Assembly: GCA_964501075.1 (NCBI GenBank)
Contig: CAZCRE010000001.1
Span: 10,778-74,777, forward strand
Source: an uncultured Candidatus Bathyarchaeia archaeon
Lineage (GTDB): Archaea; Thermoproteota; Bathyarchaeia; Bathyarchaeales; Bathycorpusculaceae
Direction of reading: 5' to 3'
DNA: 64,000 bases
Part shown: positions 9,406 through 19,666 of the stretch, piece after piece
Layout: each line of letters begins with the position of its first letter
How positions within the stretch are numbered: position 1 is the first letter of the stretch
Notes under the pieces: generated by a model
The model's input: only the letters and a program-made list of their open reading frames with translations
Told to the model about the DNA's origin: nothing
The model's database searches: none
Made by a program: the position numbers and the translations under genes

Positions 9406-9840
9406 ATGCCTGCACGAAAGATACGTGTTGAGTTGTTCGACAGCGAAGGTAATCGTTATACGATAGCATTTGAAGGGCAGATAACCCGCGAGAAGACGCT
9501 GCGTCTTCTAGATATGGTGGAGCTTCTGGGTGGCGTGACGAATCAAGGGGTGAACTTCAGTTCAAGCGACAGTAACTTGAACCTTAATGTTTCCAAATAC
9601 GAGAAGGTCAAGATGATCACTCAAAGGAACTTCCCACTTGCTTGGTTTTCGTCAAAAGAAATCCAAACTGCCTTTGAGCAGGAGTTCAAGGAGCCAATAG
9701 GTCTGAGTACTGTAGCCACTTACCTTTCTAGGCTTGCGAGCAAGGGAGTGCTCACTAGGTCAGGCAACTCAAACAGCTTGAAATACAAAATGGCAAGGGT
9801 CCAGATAGAGGCACGACTAGAAGAAGCAAAGATTCGTTGA
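9406..9840 (+). CDS. hypothetical protein with C-terminal winged-helix-like region
   Basis: 144 aa. The C-terminus (IGLSTVATYLSRLASKGVLTRSG) looks like a wHTH recognition helix plus wing. Confidence 0.5.
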   Translation: MPARKIRVELFDSEGNRYTIAFEGQITREKTLRLLDMVELLGGVTNQGVNFSSSDSNLNLNVSKYEKVKMITQRNFPLAWFSSKEIQTAFEQEFKEPIGLSTVATYLSRLASKGVLTRSGNSNSLKYKMARVQIEARLEEAKIR

Positions 9841-10048
9841 AGCGTGAATGGAGACTTGGCTGGTCAACCTGTTACTTGAACCAATGATCTTGTAGATCGA
9901 GTGGGGCATCTTTTACGTTGTCGTAATGCCCTATTAATTATGAATATCTAACAACGAAAATCGGAAAAGAGGATACACCAGAACTACAGAACGTAGATGT
10001 GAACGAAGCCTTGCAGGAACATGAGCATAGAAGGAAGAAGTGGTGGCG

Positions 10049-10819
10049 CTAAGCTGCTTCACCCTCACTTTTCCTTAACAGTTTCTCCATTTCCTTCTTG
10101 ACGCTGTATTTAAATGGAATCTTGAGCATGTCTCTCTCTAGATAACCGCTCTCATACAGCTTCTTCATTAGCCTGGCAGTGTGCTCCCGGCTAAGCTTCA
10201 CTCTGTCCTTAATCTCTGGTGCTGTCTTTGAGCCTTCAGTGGCCAGCATTTCGAGAACTGCCAACTCCGTTTCGGTTAATGGCGCTAGCGCTCTATCCCT
10301 CTTGATTGAGATCACCGCGTCAATATTCGCCTCAGGACTAACTGGAATTTGTTGAGCGTGTTCTTCGACGTTTGCCATCTTTGTAGTCAAAGTCACTTGT
10401 GACTTGATCACATCACTGACTTGTTTAGTGAGTTCGTCGATCCTTGTAGAGATCTTGTCTCGATCTTCCGAAACGGAAGCTATTGCAGTTTCCATTGACG
10501 GCATGGCTTTTTGTGTCTCATCTGATTTCCTTATGGCCACTTCACTCTTGGCGCTAAGGGCTTCCAGTTTGAAGGCCACATGTTCCAGCTTTTCACTCTC
10601 AATCCCTAGCTGTCTATTGAAGCTCAATACGATGTCTTCCACTGATGCCCGTGCTTGCTTGTATTCCTTCCTCGCGCGCTGAAGCATGACGTAGCAACCA
10701 GCTGCCATGATTCCAGCCGTAGCGAGTAGGATTACCGAGAGACCCGTCGCAACCTCCGTTCTTCCTATCCTCCCTGTGACATATATGTGATTACATGTGA
10801 GTTGAACATGTTGCGTCAC
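10049..10819 (-). CDS. membrane-anchored coiled-coil protein with C-terminal MarR/wHTH-like domain
   Basis: One TM segment (LSVILLATAGIMAAGCYVML), a long heptad-like region, then LTETELAVLEMLATEGSKTAPEIKDRVKLSREHTARLMKKLYESGYLER. The start codon is uncertain because the 5' end overlaps palindromic DNA motifs. Confidence 0.55.
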   Translation of the reverse strand: MTQHVQLTCNHIYVTGRIGRTEVATGLSVILLATAGIMAAGCYVMLQRARKEYKQARASVEDIVLSFNRQLGIESEKLEHVAFKLEALSAKSEVAIRKSDETQKAMPSMETAIASVSEDRDKISTRIDELTKQVSDVIKSQVTLTTKMANVEEHAQQIPVSPEANIDAVISIKRDRALAPLTETELAVLEMLATEGSKTAPEIKDRVKLSREHTARLMKKLYESGYLERDMLKIPFKYSVKKEMEKLLRKSEGEAA

Positions 10820-11035
10820 ATATCACATGTCGTCATGAATGATTTAACGTTTATGGTCTTTTTGATGAGTGTTCCTATGACGTCACAGGTCGCATCCAAA
10901 GAATATGCGGCTTCCTGGGAACTCTGCTTGTCCTGATCCCCATGAAACGTGGCCTTTTCTATGGTTTGAGACCGGACTCTTGAACTTTGCCTCCAAGGAT
11001 TTGAACTGTAGCTCAGGTTGGAGTGACTTGTGACG

Positions 11036-11530
11036 TCACATTATTCCCTTTGATGGGTTGGCGAGCTGTTTCAGGCTTGTTTCCAGTTCTTCCCTAATGG
11101 TTTCTATGACTTTGAGATGGTCACCAAGTTCTGTACCTTTGTTTGGAAGTTGTTTGTAAGCTGCTATACACTCATGCAGTTTGTTTGCTACCTCCAAGTA
11201 TGGATCAAGGCTTGTGTCTTCAAAGACGCCTAAGTAGCCCAAGAGTAGTACTGTGTAGATGGATTTAACAACATTTTCTTTTGCCTGCCTTAATGTCCTG
11301 TTAAACGCGCCGCGGCTTATTCGCGCCTTCGTTAGTCTCAATCTGGCCTTTTCATCATATTTTAACTGTTTGCCCGAGATATTCTCGGACAAAACGTCTA
11401 TTAGCATTGTTTCGAGTTGCACTTTAGTCAAGTGACTATTTTTCGCCAGTATTTGCACAATGGGGTCGTCTAGTGAACCCTTTAACCATGTTTGGACGTT
11501 CTCTTTGAGCTTCATACTCTCACACGACAA
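11036..11530 (-). CDS. hypothetical protein (164 aa)
   Basis: Clean ORF, helical-looking, no family recognised. Confidence 0.45.
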   Translation of the reverse strand: MSCESMKLKENVQTWLKGSLDDPIVQILAKNSHLTKVQLETMLIDVLSENISGKQLKYDEKARLRLTKARISRGAFNRTLRQAKENVVKSIYTVLLLGYLGVFEDTSLDPYLEVANKLHECIAAYKQLPNKGTELGDHLKVIETIREELETSLKQLANPSKGIM

Positions 11531-11640
11531 GGTAATGTGAATGGATACAGTTTTGTATACTGGGTAGGCTTATAAGTCTGATTCTGACCGCTTGAGATTA
11601 CGTGCTTGATCAACAAAAGCCATTTATGTGAACTGAAACT

Positions 11641-12831
11641 ATGCTTAGTGAGGAAATCAACTTGAATCCGCGCTTCAAACCAGTGGAACGCTTGAAACAA
11701 ATCAAATCCTCAGGAATACGCCGCTTTTTCTCTTTGGCCAGTGAAGTGCCTGGCAATATTAATTTAAGCGTCGGAGAACCTGATTTTTGTCCGCCCAAAC
11801 GGAGCCTAGAGGCTGGCTGGAAGGCTGCGGAAGAAGGAAAGACCCATTATGCACCGACCAATGGTATCCCTGAGCTTCGAGAAGCACTTGCTGAAAAGGC
11901 CTTGAACGACTATGACCTTGCCTATGACCCTGACTCCGAGATTCTTGTAACCGCTGGAGGCACTGAAGCCATTTTCTTGGCGTTATTCGGGCTGGTGAAT
12001 CATGCAGACGAAGTACTAATCCCAAACCCCGGGTTCGTTATTTATGAGCCTAATGTCAGGCTAGCTGGTGGTACTCCAATTTCTATTCCGTTGCTTGAGA
12101 AGAACGACTTCAAAATATCTGCTGAGGACGTGATGTCACTCGTCACAAGGAAATCACGTGCAATCGTCTTGAACTACCCGAATAATCCTACGGGGGCAGT
12201 CCTTTCTTACGACGAGATTGCTGCTTTAGCCGAGATTGCGGTTGAACGTGATCTAATTGTGATTTCTGATGAAGTTTACGAAAGAATAGTTTATGATGAT
12301 GCTAAACACTATTGCATTGCCGCTTTCCCGGGTATGCGCGAACGCACTCTGGTCGTCGGTTCTTTTTCCAAAACCTATGCTATGACTGGACTAAGGATTG
12401 GATATGTTTATGGGCCTAAAGAGCTTGTGTCTAACCTCTGGCTCGTTCATCAATATACTGTTGCCTGTGTGAACAGTCTCTCACAGTATGTTGCTCTCGA
12501 TGCACTGAAGGCGCCGCAAGGATTTGTCAAGGACATGGTGAAGGAGTTTGACAAGCGGCGACACTTGGTTCACAATAGGCTCAATGCGATCAGCGGATTT
12601 CATTGCGCACTTCCAAAAGGCGCTTTCTATGCTTTTCCCAACATCAAAGACTTTGATTTGACTTCAGAGGAGTTTGCCGAGCTCTTGGCGAGAAGAGCAC
12701 GCGTGATAACTGTGCCTGGGTCCTCTTTTGGCAGCTATGGTGAGGGCCACATTAGGATATCTTACGCTGCCGCTTATGAACAGTTAGAAGTGGCCTTAGA
12801 CCGAATAGAAAACACTGCCAGGGCTCTTTAA
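11641..12831 (+). CDS. class I/II PLP-dependent aminotransferase (aspartate aminotransferase-like)
   Basis: 396 aa. NYPNNPTG motif and the PLP-lysine context SFSKTYAMTGLRIGY. Confidence 0.85.
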   Translation: MLSEEINLNPRFKPVERLKQIKSSGIRRFFSLASEVPGNINLSVGEPDFCPPKRSLEAGWKAAEEGKTHYAPTNGIPELREALAEKALNDYDLAYDPDSEILVTAGGTEAIFLALFGLVNHADEVLIPNPGFVIYEPNVRLAGGTPISIPLLEKNDFKISAEDVMSLVTRKSRAIVLNYPNNPTGAVLSYDEIAALAEIAVERDLIVISDEVYERIVYDDAKHYCIAAFPGMRERTLVVGSFSKTYAMTGLRIGYVYGPKELVSNLWLVHQYTVACVNSLSQYVALDALKAPQGFVKDMVKEFDKRRHLVHNRLNAISGFHCALPKGAFYAFPNIKDFDLTSEEFAELLARRARVITVPGSSFGSYGEGHIRISYAAAYEQLEVALDRIENTARAL

Positions 12832-12840
12832 TAGGTTCGA

Positions 12841-13680
12841 TTACAGCTTCTCTGCGCTCTTCCTCAATTCCTCGAATAGTTCAGGCCGCAAATCCTTCAA
12901 GGTTGGAACGAAAGTCTCAACTGATCTAATGTCGGCATAATCGATCTCACAAGTTACGAAGTCTTCCTCGTCATACTTTGCTTTAACGATAACCTCGCCC
13001 TGCGGCCCGATTAGTCTGCTGCCTCCCCAGAACTGCAGGCCATCCTCTATACCGACAAGGTTCACATACGCCAGAAAAGCTGTGTTTTCGATGGCTCTTG
13101 CAGATGTTAATGTTTCGAAGAATGATCGCCTAATTCCCGGCGAGGCAGAGATGCAGATGATTAACTGTGATCCTTCTAATCTTGTTAGGCGACTGATCTC
13201 TGGGAAGAAAATATCGTAACATATGATTAACCCTATTTTCCCAAGTTCTGTGCTAAAAGCTGCTGCTTGATATCCTGGACGAAAATACCTCTTCTCTTCG
13301 AAGACGCTATGAGTTGGCAAGTGCATTTTGCGATACTTCCCGATGAAACCATTTGGACCTGTTAGAACCGCTGAATTATATATGGTGGCTTGAGTTTTCT
13401 CGCTTAACTCTGGCATGCCAAAAACGATGTGCATTTTCGTCTTTCGCGCCAAGTTCTCTATAATATTTGTTGAAGGGCCAGGTATCGTTTCAGCAAGCTC
13501 GTAGATCTGGTCTCTGACAACGTAGCCGGTTAGAGAAAGCTCCGGAAAAATGACGAGATCCGATGATAGCTTTTTTGCCTTCACTACTGATTCCTCGATT
13601 CTTTTCAGGTTTACCTCTTTTGCTCCTTGCGCACAACTGATCTGGGCAAGAGTCACTCTGATTTTTTGCTTCATATTCAT
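12841..13680 (-). CDS. carbon-nitrogen hydrolase (nitrilase superfamily), probable glutaminase partner of NadE
   Basis: Glu-Lys-Cys triad contexts FPELSLTGY, YRKMHLP and GLIICYD. Its ATG overlaps the nadE stop (ATGA at 13677-13680). Confidence 0.8.
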   Translation of the reverse strand: MNMKQKIRVTLAQISCAQGAKEVNLKRIEESVVKAKKLSSDLVIFPELSLTGYVVRDQIYELAETIPGPSTNIIENLARKTKMHIVFGMPELSEKTQATIYNSAVLTGPNGFIGKYRKMHLPTHSVFEEKRYFRPGYQAAAFSTELGKIGLIICYDIFFPEISRLTRLEGSQLIICISASPGIRRSFFETLTSARAIENTAFLAYVNLVGIEDGLQFWGGSRLIGPQGEVIVKAKYDEEDFVTCEIDYADIRSVETFVPTLKDLRPELFEELRKSAEKL

Positions 13681-14513
13681 CCCCTTCTAAGCCTAAAATC
13701 TGCACCTACAGTTCTGTATGCTAGCTTGGTTGTTAACAACATCCTTCTCTTATGCTCAGCGGATAACCACTTGAGCTTTATCCTATTCACAAATTCTTCT
13801 TCCAGTACTAATTGCTCAGCGATCTCCTTCACAGTCATGAAATGTTCTAACCCATATAGGACTAAATCAAGAGTCTCATATTTGATGCCAAGTTCTCTTT
13901 CTGCTGTTTGGCCTGGCCACAGAGATGGTGATGGCGGTTTCATTATGATCTCTTCTGGAACACCGGTGTGTTTGGCAAGTTTTCGGACTTGTGTTTTGTA
14001 TAGATCCATGATTGGATAGATGTCAGCTGCAACATCGCCCCATTTTGTGAAATATCCCATCATCGTTTCCGACTTGTCTGAGCTCCCACAAACAAGTAAG
14101 TTTAACTTATTTGCGTAATAGTAAATGTAAATCATACGTGTTCGTGCTTTTATGTTACCTTTAGAGACCTTTTCTGAGATCTCAAAAACTGGTATCGCTC
14201 CATAGAATGCCTCCAGAATAGGTGTGATGTCACATAACTGTGATTTCAGTTTGAATTTTGCTATTATTGCTTGAGCATGTTTGATGTCCTCTTCATGGTA
14301 TGTTTCCCTTTCCGGCAACATAAGACCTAGGACTCTTCTACCGCCTATGGCTTTGGCTGAAAGCGCTGCAACGGTGCAGCTGTCAATTCCTCCGGACAAT
14401 CCGAGAACTACACCCTCGGAACTGGTTTTCTCAAAGTACTCCTTAATGAAACGCGTTATTTGTGTTTCAACATTCCGTAGATCCATGTCTAGAACTGAAG
14501 ACGTTAGCTCCAA
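13677..14513 (-). CDS. nadE: NAD+ synthetase (single-domain NadE)
   Basis: PP-loop motif GLSGGIDS; NadE-like length (278 aa) and layout. Confidence 0.88.
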   Translation of the reverse strand: MELTSSVLDMDLRNVETQITRFIKEYFEKTSSEGVVLGLSGGIDSCTVAALSAKAIGGRRVLGLMLPERETYHEEDIKHAQAIIAKFKLKSQLCDITPILEAFYGAIPVFEISEKVSKGNIKARTRMIYIYYYANKLNLLVCGSSDKSETMMGYFTKWGDVAADIYPIMDLYKTQVRKLAKHTGVPEEIIMKPPSPSLWPGQTAERELGIKYETLDLVLYGLEHFMTVKEIAEQLVLEEEFVNRIKLKWLSAEHKRRMLLTTKLAYRTVGADFRLRRG

Positions 14514-14613
14514 GCTAGTACCTCTTCAGGTTTATGATTTTGAGTCGAGTATTTAAGGACAAACATAAAATACTGGGTTGCCGTTGCCACTGTGGTATAG
14601 AAGGATTTGAAGA

Positions 14614-14880
14614 ATGGGACGAAGGAGAAGGAAAGTTGTTCGAGTTCCCAAGAAGCACTTACCCAAGCTCTTCTCTTGTCCTAAATGTGGCAAGGAGACA
14701 ATCCGTGTTGAAATCGTTCGTGATGAAAACCGTGCTGTGGTAGGGTGTGGCAGTTGTGGCGTTAGAGACGAGTTTCCTGTCAAGCCTGCTCAAGGCGAGA
14801 TTGACGTGTATTGTATGTTTACTGATAAGTTCTATGGTAAACCTAGGACCCCTTCCGCATCCGACATCACAGGTGCGTAG
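14614..14880 (+). CDS. elf1: transcription elongation factor Elf1 homologue (zinc ribbon)
   Basis: [14 protein letters not shown] basic N-terminus, FSCPKCG...VGCGSCG zinc ribbon and an EIDVY motif. Confidence 0.8.
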   Translation: MGRRRRKVVRVPKKHLPKLFSCPKCGKETIRVEIVRDENRAVVGCGSCGVRDEFPVKPAQGEIDVYCMFTDKFYGKPRTPSASDITGA

Positions 14881-14885
14881 CTAGG

Positions 14886-15647
14886 ATGCCTTCTGCAATC
14901 GGGCCTGTCGAAAAACTTCTCCTCGAGAAGATTGAATCAGAGGGTTCCATTCACATAACTCTTATTGACCCTGAGAAAGTAACGCCTCCTCAAGGATCAG
15001 GAATCGCGAGAAAGGCGAAGGCCAGCGGCACAACAGCTATTATGATTGGTGGTTCAACATTTGTTTCAGCAGCGCATCTTGATGACATTGTCAGAATCGT
15101 CAGGCGCACTGTCAGAATTCCGATAATACTATTTCCGAACAATGTGACTGGCATAAGTCGCCACGCTGATGCTATCTGGTTCATGTCTCTACTAAACTCA
15201 GTTGACCCTTACTTTCTGATGGGTGCTCAAGTTCTAGGAGCACCGCTGGTCAAGAAATACCGCTTGGAACCACTTCCACTCGGTTACATTATTGTTGGAG
15301 AGGGTGGCACTGCTGGCGTCGTCGGCAAAGCCATTCCAGTTCCATACAACAAACCTGAACTTGCCGCGGCCCATGCGCTGGCTGGGCAGTACCTAGGCAT
15401 GCGTTTCATATACTTGGAAGCTGGGTCAGGTGCAAAGGAACCAGTTCCTCCTGACATGATTAGAATTGTCAAGCACTACATCGATATCCCTCTGATTGTT
15501 GGAGGAGGAATACGCTCCAGAGGTCAAGCCCTTGCTGCAGCATCCGCTGGTGCGGACATAATAGTGACTGGTAACGTTGCAGAGAACACTGGAGTGAGGC
15601 GTAGAGTTTCTGAAATAATCGAGGGGTTAAGACACCATAGAACATGA
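14886..15647 (+). CDS. geranylgeranylglyceryl phosphate synthase (PcrB/GGGPS family)
   Basis: IDPEK, MIGGS, YLEAGSGA and LIVGGGIR motifs; 253 aa. Confidence 0.85.
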   Translation: MPSAIGPVEKLLLEKIESEGSIHITLIDPEKVTPPQGSGIARKAKASGTTAIMIGGSTFVSAAHLDDIVRIVRRTVRIPIILFPNNVTGISRHADAIWFMSLLNSVDPYFLMGAQVLGAPLVKKYRLEPLPLGYIIVGEGGTAGVVGKAIPVPYNKPELAAAHALAGQYLGMRFIYLEAGSGAKEPVPPDMIRIVKHYIDIPLIVGGGIRSRGQALAAASAGADIIVTGNVAENTGVRRRVSEIIEGLRHHRT

Positions 15648-15929
15648 GATGTATTTGTAATACCTTGAAACGCCAGTTGCTAAAGGCCAGCCAAAAAGAG
15701 TGTTGATCTTAGGGAACTCGATTATGCTTTGACAGATTGAAATGCACATTTTTCACCGTTGAACACCATATGCCTGCACTATGGGTGTCTGCGTAGCACA
15801 AATGATAACGCTACTTTCATGTTTAATCTACATGAATTTACATTTCTGTTTGAACGGCCTTTTTTATCGATTTGTGTCAGAAAACAGTGATAAGCAGTGA
15901 TAAGCAGTCATACTTGCGGGTAGCTTCAA

Positions 15930-18900
15930 TTGAATAGCGAAATGAGTCAGACCTATCAAAACTATGTTGGCAATTTGGAAGACGAGCTCAAACAATTGTA
16001 TGCCATTAGCGACAATGCAAAGAGAATGGGAATTGACCCGTTGCCAATGACGGAGTGCAAAGTGGCGAAAGATCTAGCAGATCTCGTAGAAGGCCTTGTG
16101 GGCCCCAAAGGAGTCGCTGCAAGCATCAGAGAATTGAGTACAAAGCTTCCAAGAGAGGAGTTGGCTTTCAAAATCACTGAAGAAATCGTCTATGGCAAAT
16201 TCGGTCACATGGAGCCTGAAGTCGCAGCTGATCGAGCAATACGCACCGCACTCGCAATATTCACAGAAGGGCTCACTGCAGCACCATTACAGGGGGTTGC
16301 GAAAGTGGCGATAAAAGCAAATTCTGATAGAACTCGTTACCTCGCAATCTATTTTGCGGGGCCAATGCGCTCTGCAGGCGGTACGGATCAGGCTCTGACC
16401 TTAGTGGTCGGCGACTTCGTAAGGCGATTGCTAGGTCTTGAACGTTACAAGCCCACAGAAGAGGAGATTTCGCGCTTTATCGAAGAGGTTAGATTGTATG
16501 AACACTCCGTCTCTCACTTTCAATATCACGTTTCAGATGATGAGCTACGAAAGGCATTCCAGTGGATTCCAGTTGAGGTGACTGGCACAGAGTCAGATCC
16601 GTTTGAAGTCTCATCATTTCGCAATCTTGAAAGAATAGAGACCAATCGTGTGAGAGGAGGAGCCCTTAGAGTTGTAAACGACGGCATAGTCGGACGGGCT
16701 CCAAAGGTCTCTTCAATCATTGAGAAACTTGGATTCCAAGGATGGGATTGGCTTAAAGAGATTCGCGGAGAGTCTGAAAAGAAGTCGACTGGATTTATGA
16801 ACGACGTGATCGCGGGGCGTCCAATATTCTCTTTTCCGTCTAGACGTGGTGGGTTCCGACTGAGATATGGTAGAGCTCGAAACACCGGCTTGTCAGCCGT
16901 CGGTATTCACCCAGCAACAATGCTCGTACTTCAAGGATTTCTGGCTGGGGGAACGCAACTGCGATTGGAGCTTCCGGGAAAAGGTGGTATTGTAGTTCCA
17001 GTTGACACGATAGAACCGCCCTTCGTTCGGTTGAAAGATGGATCTGTTGTCAAAGTCACTATTGCGAATTTTGACAAACTGAAGAATGAAATCGAAAAAA
17101 TCCTATTCCTAGGAGACATTCTGATCAGTTTTGGTGATTTCTTGTACAACAGCAAATGGCTTGCCCCCTCCGGATACGTCGAAGAGTGGTGGATCGAAGA
17201 TTTGCGAAAGGCAGTGGCAGAGAGATTTGATGGTGCTATTGAAAATGCCGCTGGATCGGTGAAGATACCCTCTGAAAGACTTGAACAGCTTCTGGATGAA
17301 CCATTCAGAGCCAAACCTAGCCTTAAAGAATCAGTGGCTTTAGCAACGATTCTTGGCGTACCCTTGCACCCTGCCTACACATGCTTCTGGTCAAACCTCT
17401 CATCAGTTGAAGAGATCAGTCGCCTGAAAAAATGGCTTCATTCATCTGAGGTTCGGCGACAAGGCGACGGCATCGTTGAAATTGCTGGAGAGAATGACCC
17501 AAACGTGAAACGCGCCATGGACGTGATATGCTTACCCCATAGAATTCTAGAAAACACAATAGTAGTTGAGGGCGACGATGCACAAGCGTTTGCGCTCTGC
17601 CTCGGTTTTGACAATTCTAACAATATCAATGAACCTATGGCTAGTTCCATCTTAGATACTCTTCATATGTTTTCAGGTCTGCGGGTCAAGGAGAAGGCAC
17701 CTACATTCGTGGGTGCCCGAATGGGAAGGCCTGAGAAGGCAAAAAGGCGCGAGATGAAACCTCTTGTTCACGTGCTCTTCCCTGTTGGTCTATCAGGCGG
17801 TTCTCACAGAGACCTTGTTGAGGCTGCCTCACACGGGCCAGCACTTGTGGAAATTGTCAAGCGCAAATGCCCAAACTGCAAGTCTTTTACCTTCAGAACA
17901 AGATGTTTCAACTGTGGAGCTGAAACTTTAGTTGAGAAGACTTGTCCACGTTGTGGAAAGATTTCAAAAGAAGACTTTTGCCCAGCGTGCAAGATACCTG
18001 CGAGGAAATATGAGAGACAAACTGTGAATTTCAAAGAGTTGATTGACGCCGCAAGCAATAGCCTAGGCACTTCCTGCCCGAAGATTCTAAAGGGCGTAAA
18101 AGGCTTGACGAATGGCACCAAGACTCCAGAAACCATTGAGAAAGGGATATTGCGCGCCAAGTACGACCTTTCAGTTTACAAGGACGGCACAATTCGTTTT
18201 GACGCTACAAATGCGCCTCTGACTCATTTCAAACCCATTGAGATAGGAGTCCCAATTGAAAAACTCAGAGAACTGGGATATCTTTCTACCATAGATGGGT
18301 CAGATCTAACAGACCCAGACCAAACATGTGAACTCAAACTACAGGATGTTGTGGTTCCAACAAAAAGCGCACTATATTTCTTGCGAATTGCAAGTTTCAT
18401 AGATGAGCTACTAACAAAAATCTATGGCCTCCCTCCATTTTATAATGTCAAAAAAGTAGAAGATCTTGTTGGCCATCTAGTCGTTGGTCTAGCCCCACAC
18501 ACGTGTGCAGGGGTTTTAGGCCGAATAGTTGGCTTTACAAGCCTCAGCCTCTGCTACGCACATCCCATTTGGCACTCAGCCAAACGTAGAGACTGCGACG
18601 GCGACGAAGATGCATTAATGCTTGCACTTGACACCTTAATCAATTTCTCGCGTGAATATCTGCCTGCACAGATAGGTGGAATCATGGATGCGCCTCTTCT
18701 TCTGATCCCTATCGTCAACACGAAAGATGTGCAGAGGCAAGCCCATGATTTTGACGTTGCCAAAGCTTACCCACAAGAGTTCTACTTGAAAACGTGGGAG
18801 AAAACCGACGCCAAACAAGCTGGTGCCTTCATAGACCTTGTAAAATCAAGACTTGGCACTGAAGCACAGTTCGAAGGATTCGGTTTTACGACACCTGTGT

Positions 18901-19346
18901 CCAATGTTAACATGGGGAACCAGGAAAGCATGTACAAACGATTGAAGACCATGGCTGAAAAGCTCGATGGCCAACTCGAATTGGCTGAGAAGATTGAAGC
19001 TGTGGACGCTAGGAAAGTTGCTTTGAAAGTATTAACGAGGCACCTCATTCGAGACATCGCTGGAAACCTCAGGGCTTTCTCAACCCAAGCCTTCAGGTGC
19101 AAATCCTGCAATAAACGTTACCGAAGATTGCCTCTTAGTGGCAAATGCTCTGTATGCGGCGGAAAATTAACCTTGACCGTCTATAAAGGCGGCATAGAGA
19201 AGTATTTGGCAATAGCACAACGCTTGGTTGAGAAGTACAAGCTGCCAACGTATTATTCGCAGAGACTACTGTTGGTGGAAGAAGAGATAAAATCAATGTT
19301 CGCCAGCAAAAAGACAAAGCAAGCAAGTTTGACAGATTTCGCGTGA
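15930..19346 (+). CDS. dp2: DNA polymerase II (PolD) large subunit DP2
   Basis: 1138 aa with typical DP2 blocks, Cys clusters (CPNC..C..C, CPRCG..CPAC, CKSC...CSVCGG) and a DCDGDEDA catalytic-like motif. No intein seen. The likely real start is the ATG at 15942; 15930 is a TTG. Confidence 0.92.
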   Translation: MNSEMSQTYQNYVGNLEDELKQLYAISDNAKRMGIDPLPMTECKVAKDLADLVEGLVGPKGVAASIRELSTKLPREELAFKITEEIVYGKFGHMEPEVAADRAIRTALAIFTEGLTAAPLQGVAKVAIKANSDRTRYLAIYFAGPMRSAGGTDQALTLVVGDFVRRLLGLERYKPTEEEISRFIEEVRLYEHSVSHFQYHVSDDELRKAFQWIPVEVTGTESDPFEVSSFRNLERIETNRVRGGALRVVNDGIVGRAPKVSSIIEKLGFQGWDWLKEIRGESEKKSTGFMNDVIAGRPIFSFPSRRGGFRLRYGRARNTGLSAVGIHPATMLVLQGFLAGGTQLRLELPGKGGIVVPVDTIEPPFVRLKDGSVVKVTIANFDKLKNEIEKILFLGDILISFGDFLYNSKWLAPSGYVEEWWIEDLRKAVAERFDGAIENAAGSVKIPSERLEQLLDEPFRAKPSLKESVALATILGVPLHPAYTCFWSNLSSVEEISRLKKWLHSSEVRRQGDGIVEIAGENDPNVKRAMDVICLPHRILENTIVVEGDDAQAFALCLGFDNSNNINEPMASSILDTLHMFSGLRVKEKAPTFVGARMGRPEKAKRREMKPLVHVLFPVGLSGGSHRDLVEAASHGPALVEIVKRKCPNCKSFTFRTRCFNCGAETLVEKTCPRCGKISKEDFCPACKIPARKYERQTVNFKELIDAASNSLGTSCPKILKGVKGLTNGTKTPETIEKGILRAKYDLSVYKDGTIRFDATNAPLTHFKPIEIGVPIEKLRELGYLSTIDGSDLTDPDQTCELKLQDVVVPTKSALYFLRIASFIDELLTKIYGLPPFYNVKKVEDLVGHLVVGLAPHTCAGVLGRIVGFTSLSLCYAHPIWHSAKRRDCDGDEDALMLALDTLINFSREYLPAQIGGIMDAPLLLIPIVNTKDVQRQAHDFDVAKAYPQEFYLKTWEKTDAKQAGAFIDLVKSRLGTEAQFEGFGFTTPVSNVNMGNQESMYKRLKTMAEKLDGQLELAEKIEAVDARKVALKVLTRHLIRDIAGNLRAFSTQAFRCKSCNKRYRRLPLSGKCSVCGGKLTLTVYKGGIEKYLAIAQRLVEKYKLPTYYSQRLLLVEEEIKSMFASKKTKQASLTDFA

Positions 19347-19381
19347 AAAATCTTTTTCTATAGTGAGCTGCATAGTTATGC

Positions 19382-19666
19382 TTGATGGGTATGGCCAAGG
19401 AAAACTGTCACCCAAACGCATATTTATCAATTATCAGGAACGTCCAGCGTGGACTTCGGACTAGGACGTCAATATTGAACGTTTTGGAAAACGGTGCTGG
19501 TGACCCCAAAACGATTGGAGACAAAGCGCAACTGCACTACAGAGTTGTTATTCATCATTTGAGACTTCTGAAAACAGCAGGCATTGTTGAACAGAAAATG
19601 GGTAACAGGCCACGTGTTTGGGGATTAACAGGCGTCGGACAGAAACGCTTGGTTAATTCGCACTAA
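19382..19666 (+). CDS. ArsR/SmtB-type winged-helix transcriptional regulator
   Basis: RTSILNVLENGAGDPKTIGDKAQLHYRVVIHHLRLLKTAGIV is an ArsR-like HTH. Confidence 0.7.
   Translation: MMGMAKENCHPNAYLSIIRNVQRGLRTRTSILNVLENGAGDPKTIGDKAQLHYRVVIHHLRLLKTAGIVEQKMGNRPRVWGLTGVGQKRLVNSH

Noticed and set aside
15885-15910. 2.6 tandem copies of cagtgataag about 30 nt upstream of dp2
   Set aside because: Too short and isolated to interpret; it may be promoter-proximal slippage.
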